Below are positions 27,914 through 36,506 of a DNA stretch of 64,000 nt, piece after piece (the first letter of the stretch is position 1; each line of letters opens with the position of its first letter). Under the pieces are notes generated by a model. The model searched no databases and was not told the origin of the DNA. It saw only the letters and a program-made list of their open reading frames with translations. This stretch comes from a virus. Both the position numbers and the translations under genes were made by a program. The stretch covers positions 32,001 through 96,000 of IMG/VR virus record IMGVR_UViG_3300036820_000003, one strand, 5' to 3'.

Positions 27914-29020
27914 CTAGATGCCGAGCGTGGCGAACGCGGCCTGAAGGCCCGAGATGTCCGGGGCGGCCTGGACCGGAGTCCGGGTGACGCCCTGAGCGGG
28001 GGCCGGCGGGGCCGGGGTCATGCCGGGCGCGAGAACCGGGAAGCGATTGAGCTTGCTGCCCGCGAAGCTCGCGTTGTACAGCGCGGCGCTGGAGGCCTGG
28101 ACCCTGGCGAAGGCCGGGTCCGAGCTGAGCGCGGCGTGAACCCGCGCGCTGATCTCGTTGGCGACTCGCTGCATCGCGGCCCGGGAGCCCTTGTTCTTGA
28201 GCTGGTACTCCGTGGTCGGGAGACCCTGGGCGTCCGTCAGGCCGTGGAGCTTGACGTGCTCCGCGACGGAGGCGAGCGCCTGGTTCTCGGCGGCCACGAT
28301 CGGGCCGTTGGGCGCGAACTGCAGGAACTGGATGAGCGCAGTCCAGCTCGCCTTGAACTCGGTCGGGAGAATGCTGTAGACCCGACCCGGCTTCTTGGCG
28401 GACTTGTCGTGCGTGACGCAGTCGTGGACGGCCGAGCCGCCGATGGCCTGCGTCAGCTGCGCGATCGCGTTGCCGGGCTGCACGCTGCGACCCTGCTGGC
28501 CGGGGACGAGGGACTGCATGATCTCGCAGGCGATGTTCTCCTGCGAGACGGCGGCTGTGAGAAACTGCCTGGTCATGCCGATGGCGGCGTTGGAGAACGC
28601 CGTGACCTTGCCCGGCACGAGGACGTTGCCGTCCTCGTCCAGCAGGTCGAACACCGGCACGGTCGGGTCGACCGTGCGCTCCAGCTCCTGGCGGATGGTC
28701 CGCTCAGGGGCCGGGGCCGGGGCCGGAGCGGGCTCGGTCTCCTCGGCGACGGGGGCGTCCGTGATGGGCGTCTCGTCGCCGGGGGCGGTCTCGTCCTCGG
28801 TGTCCGGCTCGGTGTCCGTGACCTCGGGGGCGGGGGCGTCCGTGTCCGTGTCGTCCGTGCTGTCAGGCTCGGTCGGCTCGGGGGCGGTCGTGTCCTGCTC
28901 CGTGGTCACGGTCGGCTGCTGCTGCTCGGCGTCCGTGTCCGGCTGCGCGGGGGCGTCCGTGTTGGGGGCGTCCTGCGCGGCCGGGGTCGCGTTGCGGCGG
29001 TTGCTGCGGTTGCTGTTCAT
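27914..29020 (-). CDS. Probably highly expressed protein with acidic P/T/D/E N-terminal low-complexity region
   Basis: Extreme GC3 bias; TDAP/EPD repeats; globular C-terminal half. Confidence 0.8.
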   Translation of the reverse strand: MNSNRSNRRNATPAAQDAPNTDAPAQPDTDAEQQQPTVTTEQDTTAPEPTEPDSTDDTDTDAPAPEVTDTEPDTEDETAPGDETPITDAPVAEETEPAPAPAPAPERTIRQELERTVDPTVPVFDLLDEDGNVLVPGKVTAFSNAAIGMTRQFLTAAVSQENIACEIMQSLVPGQQGRSVQPGNAIAQLTQAIGGSAVHDCVTHDKSAKKPGRVYSILPTEFKASWTALIQFLQFAPNGPIVAAENQALASVAEHVKLHGLTDAQGLPTTEYQLKNKGSRAAMQRVANEISARVHAALSSDPAFARVQASSAALYNASFAGSKLNRFPVLAPGMTPAPPAPAQGVTRTPVQAAPDISGLQAAFATLGI

Positions 29021-29165
29021 TTTTGATGCCTTTCCTACCCTTAACAGTCACACCGTGTCACTGTTTTGATTCTTTGCGCGCGGATTGGTTACCGTTCGCT
29101 TGTAGGCTGATTGCAACCTACGTGACCGCACACAATCTGGTTTTGATTGTGTGCGATCATGAGGG

Positions 29166-29450
29166 TTACGGGTGCTGCTGCGGCTGGATTTCTCCCGGAT
29201 GACAGTTGGGCGCGTTGCTGGTCAGAGCCAAGATTGCCAGGAGCGTACCGGGGGTCGCGCTGTAATAGGTGACCTCCATAGCGTCCGGATCGGTGCTGAA
29301 CGCGCATGAGTAGGGCACGTTGGCATCGGTGGTGATCTGACGCGCGGCGGCCGATAGCCACACTGCGCGGGCGGCCGGACGGGCCATAGTCTCAGGTTCG
29401 TCACTTGAGATTTGGACCGTGAGTCTCTCTTTCACGCTTTGCCTTTCCAT
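29166..29450 (-). CDS. Hypothetical protein (lower GC)
   Basis: Start MERQSVK. Confidence 0.5.
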   Translation of the reverse strand: MERQSVKERLTVQISSDEPETMARPAARAVWLSAAARQITTDANVPYSCAFSTDPDAMEVTYYSATPGTLLAILALTSNAPNCHPGEIQPQQHP

Positions 29451-29525
29451 CCTTGATCTCTCCGCACTGCGCGGATTACACAACGCGCACCGTGGTGCGC
29501 ATCATGCAAAGCGTGCGTGCTGTTG

Positions 29526-29768
29526 CTATACCTCGGTTATGTCGCCGAAGTGGATATCCGGGGCGTCCCATTGGGTCAGCTTTTCGAGAGCTGTCTTGTC
29601 AGTAGATGAGAATGTCGTTACCAGCGTAGGCACGTCGATAACGAAGAACACCATACCGTCAAGTCCTGATTCCGTTATCAACATCTCGGCGGAATCCTCT
29701 AGCTCTAGTCCGATATCCTCCGGCCGGTCAAATTCCTCCGGATCGGCGGTTTCTGTGACTTGGTACAC
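29526..29768 (-). CDS. Acidic hypothetical protein
   Basis: GGAGGGAAGG RBS. Confidence 0.6.
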   Translation of the reverse strand: MYQVTETADPEEFDRPEDIGLELEDSAEMLITESGLDGMVFFVIDVPTLVTTFSSTDKTALEKLTQWDAPDIHFGDITEV

Positions 29769-29853
29769 GGAATGCCTTCCCTCCTTGATTGGTCGCTATT
29801 CACGGCCATGCCGGCGCACACCTCCGGGTGTGCGCCGGCAAAGCGGGGAATCG

Positions 29854-30081
29854 CTAGGGGTTGGTGTTGGGGTCGGGGGACTGGGACGCGAAACCGAGCG
29901 TTGCCACCCAGCCCGAATCGCAGTCATTGAGGTAGCCGTTGCCGGCCTTGACCGTGAGAACGCAATTGACCTGCCGGCCGGAATGCGTGAGCGCGTTTAC
30001 CCGTGTCGGATGCGCGCTGCACCCTATGACCAGAGCGGCGATCGTGGCCGCGCCGAGGATTGACGTCCCGAGCTTGCGCAT
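29854..30081 (-). CDS. Putative lipoprotein
   Basis: MRKLGTSILGAATIAALVIGC signal with lipobox-like Cys. Confidence 0.55.
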   Translation of the reverse strand: MRKLGTSILGAATIAALVIGCSAHPTRVNALTHSGRQVNCVLTVKAGNGYLNDCDSGWVATLGFASQSPDPNTNP

Positions 30082-30173
30082 GGTGCTTTCCCTCCCTTGA
30101 AGTGCGCCCGTGCGCACTGCTAGGCATGCGTCCGGGTTTGGGGGACGCATGCCAAGCGGCATGTAGGGTGCTG

Positions 30174-30554
30174 CTATTCGCATTGATCGCAGGTACCCGC
30201 TATGGGGAGCACGATGTGATGCACGTGGCAACGCGCGCCGTGCTTTGCCTGCGCTTCCGCGCGCTTGGCTATCTGCATAGTGGTCGCGCGCACCGCGAGG
30301 AAATCCTCGGAGTAGTTCTCTGGCCATTCCTTGCGCACTATCGTTTCCTTGACCACTAGCTTTACGTGGCCACGGTGTTGTTGGGTGCCGTTGGCGTACT
30401 CGCGTGGCTCGTTGTCCGCGTACTCGCCTTTAAGACCCCTACGGGTGTGGGAGTCGTCATTGCACTTGCGCCACGTCTGGACCGGGTTGCCCCGGTTCTT
30501 CTGGCCTTTGCGCTTTGACTTGCTTCCCTTACCGCGCTTGGCAGGCCTAAGCAT
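30174..30554 (-). CDS. Basic hypothetical protein
   Basis: Overlaps upstream stop; C-terminal CxxC. Confidence 0.5.
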   Translation of the reverse strand: MLRPAKRGKGSKSKRKGQKNRGNPVQTWRKCNDDSHTRRGLKGEYADNEPREYANGTQQHRGHVKLVVKETIVRKEWPENYSEDFLAVRATTMQIAKRAEAQAKHGARCHVHHIVLPIAGTCDQCE

Positions 30555-30783
30555 CGGCTATGCCAAGCGCGGTCACGTACTGCGCATCGCACCAGTAGTA
30601 GGTAAGCCCGTTGTCGCGATTGCGATTGATGAGCTTAGCCTCATAGCGCGAACGGGTGAGATGCCAGCGAGTCGCCACGGAGCCGTATCGACCGCGCATG
30701 CTATGACCGCGCGTTAGCTGACCGGTCGCGATGCAATTCATAGCCCATTGCTGGTAAGAGAGCATCTGTGTTTTTCCTTTCAT
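30547..30783 (-). CDS. Hypothetical protein; first gene of the leftward block
   Basis: AAGGAAAAA before the internal ATG of MLSYQQW. Confidence 0.55.
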   Translation of the reverse strand: MKGKTQMLSYQQWAMNCIATGQLTRGHSMRGRYGSVATRWHLTRSRYEAKLINRNRDNGLTYYWCDAQYVTALGIADA

Positions 30784-31855
30784 GGTTACCCATAGTGCAG
30801 GCCGGAGGATTGCTCATCCGGCATGCGCCACGGGTGAGGAATGAGAGGCATAGCTCCGCTACGCTACGGGAAAGGATTACCCGCGCAGTCATTCCCCACC
30901 CATGCAAGGATAGGAAAGAAAGGCATCAATATGTCTAGGCGCGTTCGACCGCGCTTCCACCCCTCCCCTTTCAGGGTTGCCTTATTGCGTCACGCGCACT
31001 TTCATGCGCCCGCATGCACTCTTTTCAGCATGCTTTGGATTCCCTACCCACTACACCACACCAATGCCGAGTAATACCCCCGTAAAGCAAGGTAAAAGCC
31101 CGGTAAAGGCATCCGCAGCCTCTCGGTTCGCCGCCGTGAATTGCGCGAAACGCGCAGTGACAATTCTCGCACTTTCCCGCTATTGCTGACCGGTCACCAT
31201 TGCTGGTTTCGGCCCACTACCCTATTGCGTATCATCGCGCAAATAATCGGATCGGGTGTCTGCTTTACCTTTCGCAAGCCCATAGATGAAAGACATTGGG
31301 TGACCGCCATTCCGCCATACAGGCCGGCAGTTACAAGATCACCCGCACGCTATTCGGGGTTACTAAGGGTTGCCCAAATTCGTAGGCTAGCAACGCCGCG
31401 CGCAGTCTAGGACTGCGCACGTGGGATGGAATTTGTATGCCCTACGCGGAATTGACCCGCGCATGAATAGGGCAGAAGAATCGTATGCGCACCTCCGCCC
31501 GGTCAGCTTGCGCCGCCCGTTCGGTGGGGCATGGCTACAGTCAACCACACATGCGCGGAATTGCACCTAACGGCTAGGCCACGAACGTATAACGGGAAGG
31601 TAACGCTCATAAAGGGGTCTCACAGCCACGTAGGCGCATGCAGAAGTCTTCCCGTGTGATCCGCCTACGGTCTACCCATGCGCGCGTCCTAGACCCCTCC
31701 CAGAGTCAGCAAGGCGCATCTACAGGCCGTCCCAGAATGCGCCTGAGAGTACGTGCGCGCCTGGTGAGCGAGTGCGCATCACCAGGCGCGCACGCCATTC
31801 GGTCGAATGCGCGGCGTGCGTCTAGGTGCCTTTGCGGAGCCCGCCGCCTAGCCTG

Positions 31856-31893
31856 CCTAGATACTAGGTAACCTAGTATCTAGGTAACCTAGT
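31856..31893. repeat. CTAG-rich perfect inverted repeat with nested direct repeat
   Basis: CCTAGATACTAGGT-A-ACCTAGTATCTAGG (14-1-14); CTAGGTAACCTAGT at 31864 and 31880. Confidence 0.9.
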
Positions 31894-32437
31894 GTTTGCA
31901 CATGCAACTAGTTTCAGATGCCAGCGAGCCGGCCGGCTTGGTAGGGAATTGCATTCACGATCATGAATTCAGCAATTTGTCAAGCGCCTATATACACATT
32001 CATAAATGCAGCGCATTGTCAAATGCCTATGCCTGATTTGGAGGGATTTGGGGCATATGCCCGGTTTGAGTACGTTTGGGCGGGTTTGGGTGGTTTCACC
32101 AGCGGCCGGCCCCCAAACTCGCGCCCCCCGTTTTCACCTTTCATTTGCGTAAACAGCCCAATGGTATAGGCGTAAACACGTCGTTAGCAAGACTAATTGA
32201 CTGAGCGGTACAAAAAGATAACAGCAAGAAGAAACTCTTCTTGCTGTTATCAGAACGCAAAAAATACCCTTCCCTCACCTCCCGAAAGTAATAGACCGTT
32301 CGGTCCAAAGCGTAAACACCCCCTCCGCCTCAACCCTCGCCCGCAAAAAAAGAGGCCGCCCTCCCCCGGACGACCTCCTCCACCTGGAATCAAAATGCGT
32401 AAACAGCGCCAATTCACGTCACCTGACATCCAAAGTG

Positions 32438-32923
32438 TCATGCATTCCCATCCCCGTCCGACGTGATCGCCCTCAGCAGCTCAGCGTAACTCCCCTCCCA
32501 CCTCCACATAACCCCGGCCACCCTCCCGCACGCACACCAGATCCGAGCCTCAATTCCATTCACGCGCTCATCCTCGGCGAACGACCCGCCCCACTCCGTC
32601 CACACGGCGTCCGTCCAATCACATCGCTCCCAGTCCACCTCGCACCCGACCCCCGTCTCCAGACCCTGCGTCCACTCCGCAACGACTCCGAGCTGGAACT
32701 CAGTCGCGGCCGCCTCTCGAATGAACGCAGGCACATTCAGATGAGCCCCCAGCCCCATCCAGTCTCGATGACGATCCGCGTTGTAGTAACTCACTCCCGG
32801 CTCAACCGGCGTCCCTCGCTCCACAATCACCCGCAGCAAAGCCCTTCGGAACTCCGCCTTCCAACCCGACTCGCCCGCACCCGCACCCGCACCCGCACCC
32901 GCACCCGCACCCGCACCCGTCAC
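32438..32923 (-). CDS. Hypothetical protein with (GA)n N-terminus
   Basis: CCCGCA hexamer tandem repeat at about 32876-32917 encodes the GAGAGA tract. Confidence 0.6.
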   Translation of the reverse strand: MTGAGAGAGAGAGAGAGESGWKAEFRRALLRVIVERGTPVEPGVSYYNADRHRDWMGLGAHLNVPAFIREAAATEFQLGVVAEWTQGLETGVGCEVDWERCDWTDAVWTEWGGSFAEDERVNGIEARIWCACGRVAGVMWRWEGSYAELLRAITSDGDGNA

Positions 32924-32927
32924 ACCC

Positions 32928-33308
32928 TCACTCCTTCCACGTCCCTCGCAGCCTGGAAACCCCTCGCGTAAACAGCTCCGAATCGAACGCCGGGAAGCCC
33001 GAGCCTTCCCTCTCGGCCTCCCCGGCGCGTAAACAGCCCGACGTCACAGCTCCCCGGACCGCTTCCCTCAGCCTACACCACCCCCGCCCCCGACCCGTCA
33101 GCGGCCCCCCGGTAACCCACTTCCCCGAGGCACCCCCCCAGTCCTCGGCCGACATCTCCGCGATCATCTCCCACACCGGCATCGCGCCCGGACCGTCGCA
33201 CCCTTTCCGCCATCCGGTGTGCAAAGTCTCCGCCAGCAGACTCAACCGCTCCGACTCCTCCGCCCGGAAAACATCCGTTCGAAAACACTTTCGACCCGCC
33301 CGCCTCAT
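32928..33308 (-). CDS. Hypothetical protein
   Basis: ATGA overlap start. Confidence 0.45.
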   Translation of the reverse strand: MRRAGRKCFRTDVFRAEESERLSLLAETLHTGWRKGCDGPGAMPVWEMIAEMSAEDWGGASGKWVTGGPLTGRGRGWCRLREAVRGAVTSGCLRAGEAEREGSGFPAFDSELFTRGVSRLRGTWKE

Positions 33309-33541
33309 CCGATTTCCTCGAAGACGATTCGCACGACTGGCAGCACGTTCGCCGACCCGATAAGGGGCTCCAGCCGCGTAAACAGCCCCTCCGCCACGCG
33401 ACCGTAAAACTCCCAGTGCGACCCCGCCCCCGCCTCCTTCTGTCGCGCGTACCGACCGCACTTCTCCGCCATCCCGTCCCCGCACAGTTCCAGATGCAGC
33501 GCGTCCGCGAGCGACTCCGTCCCGTCAGTTCCCCCCGCCAT
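33305..33541 (-). CDS. Hypothetical protein
   Basis: One-base TGATG overlap with the pth2 stop. Confidence 0.5.
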   Translation of the reverse strand: MAGGTDGTESLADALHLELCGDGMAEKCGRYARQKEAGAGSHWEFYGRVAEGLFTRLEPLIGSANVLPVVRIVFEEIG

Positions 33542-33939
33542 CAGTAAAGCCTCAGCCGACCGGTCACCGCGTCCACAGTCGCGTCCCAGTCCGGTCCGAC
33601 AGCGCACGCCGTCACGGTCGGCACGCCCCCGAACTCCGTCAGCCCGGCGTCCACAATCACCTGCTGCGTCAGTCCCGCCGCTCGAGCGACCCGCGCCACC
33701 TCCAGCAGAGCCTCCTCGCTCTCCACCACGCAGACGATTTTCCGCATCCCGCCCTCCAGCCACGCGACCTCGGCCTCGCTGAACTCACGCTCTTCCCCTG
33801 TCACCCGTCGCGCGATCCACTCCATCGCGGCGTGCGCCCCCTGCGCGATCTCCTTCCCCCTCCGCATCTTCAGATCCTTCCGGATGACGATCACCTGCTT
33901 GACGTCCTGACGCACACAACTCGCGTCTTCACCTTCCAT
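33541..33939 (-). CDS. pth2: Peptidyl-tRNA hydrolase, Pth2 type
   Basis: KQVIVIRKDLKMRRGK..AQ.AHA, KIV, VDAGLTE, TACAVGP, VD.VTG.L.LY. Confidence 0.9.
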   Translation of the reverse strand: MEGEDASCVRQDVKQVIVIRKDLKMRRGKEIAQGAHAAMEWIARRVTGEEREFSEAEVAWLEGGMRKIVCVVESEEALLEVARVARAAGLTQQVIVDAGLTEFGGVPTVTACAVGPDWDATVDAVTGRLRLY

Positions 33940-34237
33940 CTTCCAGCTCCTTCCGAATTCCTTCGAGAACGCGATTCAGCAGCGGAAACATCTCACGACT
34001 CCCCAGTCCGTGCCCGTCGCCGTCCCCTTCAAGCACTTCCAGGATGTGCCGACCCACGGACTTCCGCCAGCCCTCGTCGCCCGCGCCCTGGAAAGTCGCC
34101 AGCGAGTTGAGCAACTCCCGCAGATCCCCCAGATTCCCGCAGCACGGCCCGACCTCCGACTCCTCTCCCTCTGCCGCCAGATGCAGCCACTCATCAGCGG
34201 TGAGGCCATACGTCCACACCGGGCTCGACTCTGACAT
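33929..34237 (-). CDS. Hypothetical protein
   Basis: GAGGAAGGAA RBS before MSESSP. Confidence 0.6.
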   Translation of the reverse strand: MSESSPVWTYGLTADEWLHLAAEGEESEVGPCCGNLGDLRELLNSLATFQGAGDEGWRKSVGRHILEVLEGDGDGHGLGSREMFPLLNRVLEGIRKELEDGR

Positions 34238-34283
34238 TCTGTTCCTTCCTCTCGACTGGAAAACATCCGCTCGAAAATGTTTT

Positions 34284-34577
34284 CTAACGTCCTCGCACCT
34301 TCCCGCATCCCCGACACGCAATCAGCTTTCCCAGTCGGAATCGCCAGGCGTGCCCGCGACACAGAAACAGTCGGTAATCAGCACCGCAGCGTCCGCAGCG
34401 CACACGAAGTCGCACGACGGAGGGCTTCCCGCAGACTCGGTAAACCCTTCGTCCGAGCAAAGCCGTTCCCACTCGCATCCACTTGCACTCACACGGCGGA
34501 GCCCCCTCCAGCTCCACCCCCGCAAGCACGTCAATCTCGACGTCGACGCCCGCGCCCGCACCTTCCACTTCCGTCAC
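34284..34577 (-). CDS. Cys-rich zinc-binding protein
   Basis: CEC...C...CGRC...CRGH...CRGC; GTGA overlap. Confidence 0.55.
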   Translation of the reverse strand: MTEVEGAGAGVDVEIDVLAGVELEGAPPCECKWMRVGTALLGRRVYRVCGKPSVVRLRVRCGRCGADYRLFLCRGHAWRFRLGKLIACRGCGKVRGR

Positions 34578-34747
34578 TTCCCTCGACTCTGCCGGTATTC
34601 CCTTCGAGACTGATCCGTCATAAAGCGCCACACCCGCTTCCAGTTCGCCTCGCCCTCTCGCAGTCCGCGCGCCAGTCTGCGCAGCTCAGCCTGCGACATC
34701 TGCTCCAGTTCCTCGTCACCCGGAACCTCCGCACCTGCGCCTTTCAT
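34574..34747 (-). CDS. Small protein (57 aa, not in ORF track)
   Basis: MKGAGAEVPGDEELEQMSQAELRRLAR... Confidence 0.5.
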   Translation of the reverse strand: MKGAGAEVPGDEELEQMSQAELRRLARGLREGEANWKRVWRFMTDQSRREYRQSRGK

Positions 34748-35074
34748 TCAGTTCACCCCCGTCGTAGCCGGATTCGGAACGACCGAAACGAAGGAGTCGC
34801 CGTTTGGGCAGGTGTACACGCCGTCCTGAACGACTGGCGGATCGATCTCCAGAGAGTTGATGATCACCTGCTGTTCGATGTCGCTGTACGTGGACGTGTC
34901 ATTCCAGCAGATTCCGAGTCGAGCGACCTGGGCCGCCTTGCCGACGGAGCCGGTTGCACCCCTCGCACCAGGCGGTCCTTGCGGGCCGCGCGCACCCGCA
35001 TGTCCCAGAGCCACGCCCAGAGCCGCCCCTGCAACCGCGCAGGCGATGATGCACAGAATTCGCTCGGTCATCAT
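34748..35074 (-). CDS. Membrane-anchored protein with short collagen-like GXY run
   Basis: N-terminal TM segment, then GARGPQGPPGARGATG. Confidence 0.7.
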   Translation of the reverse strand: MMTERILCIIACAVAGAALGVALGHAGARGPQGPPGARGATGSVGKAAQVARLGICWNDTSTYSDIEQQVIINSLEIDPPVVQDGVYTCPNGDSFVSVVPNPATTGVN

Positions 35075-35367
35075 CGTCCTCCCCTGTCTCTGAAGTCGAC
35101 GGGGGTGACAGCGTTGGTTCGAGCTGCAACGAACTGCGGCATCTGGGAGATCATCTTCGCGACGGGTACCTTGGCGAAGTACCCCGCGCCAAAGCACACG
35201 TTCATCATCACATACCAGAACGCCTCGGCTCCGGTCATCTCGGCCACCAGACCGAAGTCCACCATCGCCTTCTTAGCCGGAATCCTGGCTAGATATCCCG
35301 CTCCGAACGCGATGTTGCTCATCACGTACCAGAATGTTTCCGCTCCTGTGAGCTGGATCTTTCTCAT
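35071..35367 (-). CDS. Small membrane protein made of two internal repeats
   Basis: TGAE[TA]FWYVM.N[IV].FGAGY.A[RK][IV]P..K occurs twice. Confidence 0.75.
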   Translation of the reverse strand: MRKIQLTGAETFWYVMSNIAFGAGYLARIPAKKAMVDFGLVAEMTGAEAFWYVMMNVCFGAGYFAKVPVAKMISQMPQFVAARTNAVTPVDFRDRGGR

Positions 35368-35434
35368 GTGTTCCTTCCTTCCGGAAGCGGGCTGTCGAAA
35401 ACACTTTCGACAGCCCGCCCCTTCACGTCAGCCC

Positions 35435-36319
35435 TCACAGACCGTAACTGCACCCGGAGTCCACCGCCACCGCGCCCAGCGCCCCGGCCGTCGGCGAGTT
35501 CTCCGCGATCACGCCTCTCACACCGCTCGAGCCGCCTGACACGTGGAGAACGAGATGACTGTTCCCGTACGTCCAGCAGCCGTACCCGAAGTCCACCCCC
35601 GAGCTGTCGTCCACCCGGAATGAGGTGCCGTCGGCGTACATGCCTCCGGCAGCGCCCGCGATCACGCCTTCCGTCCCGCATCCGGCGAAAGCGATTCCCT
35701 CACATTCTTCCAGGACGTAGCCGGTTCCGGAGGAGTCGACCCCGCAGGCTCCCAGCCGAGAGTAGTTCATCTTCTGCAGGTGAAACCCCGACTTCGCGCA
35801 GGCGACGGCGTAGCAGCTGGCGAAGTCCACCGAGGTGCCGGCAGCGCCGCCCGGGACCCCCGTGAGATTGAAGCCGAACCCGCCCAGGGACTCACAGGTG
35901 ACTTTCTTGAAGCTGGACACGATGACATTCGCCTCGACGCCATGGATTCCGTCGCCTCCGAACTGCTGGATGACCACATCGTCAAAGATCAAGCCGAAGG
36001 TATTTGCAGCAGCGCTTCGAGCAAGCACAACTCCCGAAGCCGCGTCCGTCACGCCGGTCCCGGTCAGACCCACGCCTGCCAGGGTGAGTCGAGCGCCGTC
36101 GGTCATGCTGATCGCGGGAACCCCCGGCTCCGTCATCTGGATGACTGAACGGTAGGAGTTGACGCCCTCCACGGTGCAGGCCACCGGAGGTACCAGAGTG
36201 CGACTCACCGGGAACACCCCCACCGGAAGACTGCATCCGCCCTGATTCATCGCGGCTTGCAGCAGCGCGTAGTTATCGCCCGAGGAACTCAGTCCAGCGA
36301 GCACGGACACTGACGACAT
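35435..36319 (-). CDS. Right-handed beta-helix (pectate-lyase-like) protein
   Basis: DNYALLQAAMNQGG..LP.G.F.VSRTL N-terminal motif and beta-helix repeats. Confidence 0.75.
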   Translation of the reverse strand: MSSVSVLAGLSSSGDNYALLQAAMNQGGCSLPVGVFPVSRTLVPPVACTVEGVNSYRSVIQMTEPGVPAISMTDGARLTLAGVGLTGTGVTDAASGVVLARSAAANTFGLIFDDVVIQQFGGDGIHGVEANVIVSSFKKVTCESLGGFGFNLTGVPGGAAGTSVDFASCYAVACAKSGFHLQKMNYSRLGACGVDSSGTGYVLEECEGIAFAGCGTEGVIAGAAGGMYADGTSFRVDDSSGVDFGYGCWTYGNSHLVLHVSGGSSGVRGVIAENSPTAGALGAVAVDSGCSYGL

Positions 36320-36506
36320 AGCTTTTCCCCCTCATCCTGCGCAGCGCCGGACGGAGTCGCACCAGCGCCATCACCGCCATGATAACAGTGATAACGGCGA
36401 TCACGTGACTCAAATCCGCGTAAGCCCCGGGAGTTCTCACCGTCGCAAACCCCGCGTGCAGTCCGGGGCTCACGTTCACATCTAGATACTGGTGCCAGCG
36501 CCCCAT
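36273..36506 (-). CDS. Small membrane protein
   Basis: One TM segment; GGAAGGA RBS. Confidence 0.55.
   Translation of the reverse strand: MGRWHQYLDVNVSPGLHAGFATVRTPGAYADLSHVIAVITVIMAVMALVRLRPALRRMRGKSYVVSVRARWTEFLGR

Noticed and set aside
27560-29026. 488-aa plus-strand ORF and many other long antisense ORFs (for example 324-1364, 34277-35539, 51553-52653)
   Set aside because: Shadows of high-GC3 genes on the opposite strand; no RBS or recognisable motifs
32876-32917. CCCGCA hexamer array, and similar short arrays near 15948, 16330 and 48826, as CRISPR or contingency loci
   Set aside because: No spacers; in-frame dipeptide linkers (GA, AD, NP, PA)
35435-36319. Tailspike or depolymerase call for the beta-helix protein
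   Set aside because: No virion-attachment domain seen and it lies in a non-structural leftward operon beside a GT2; not excluded, but unsupported
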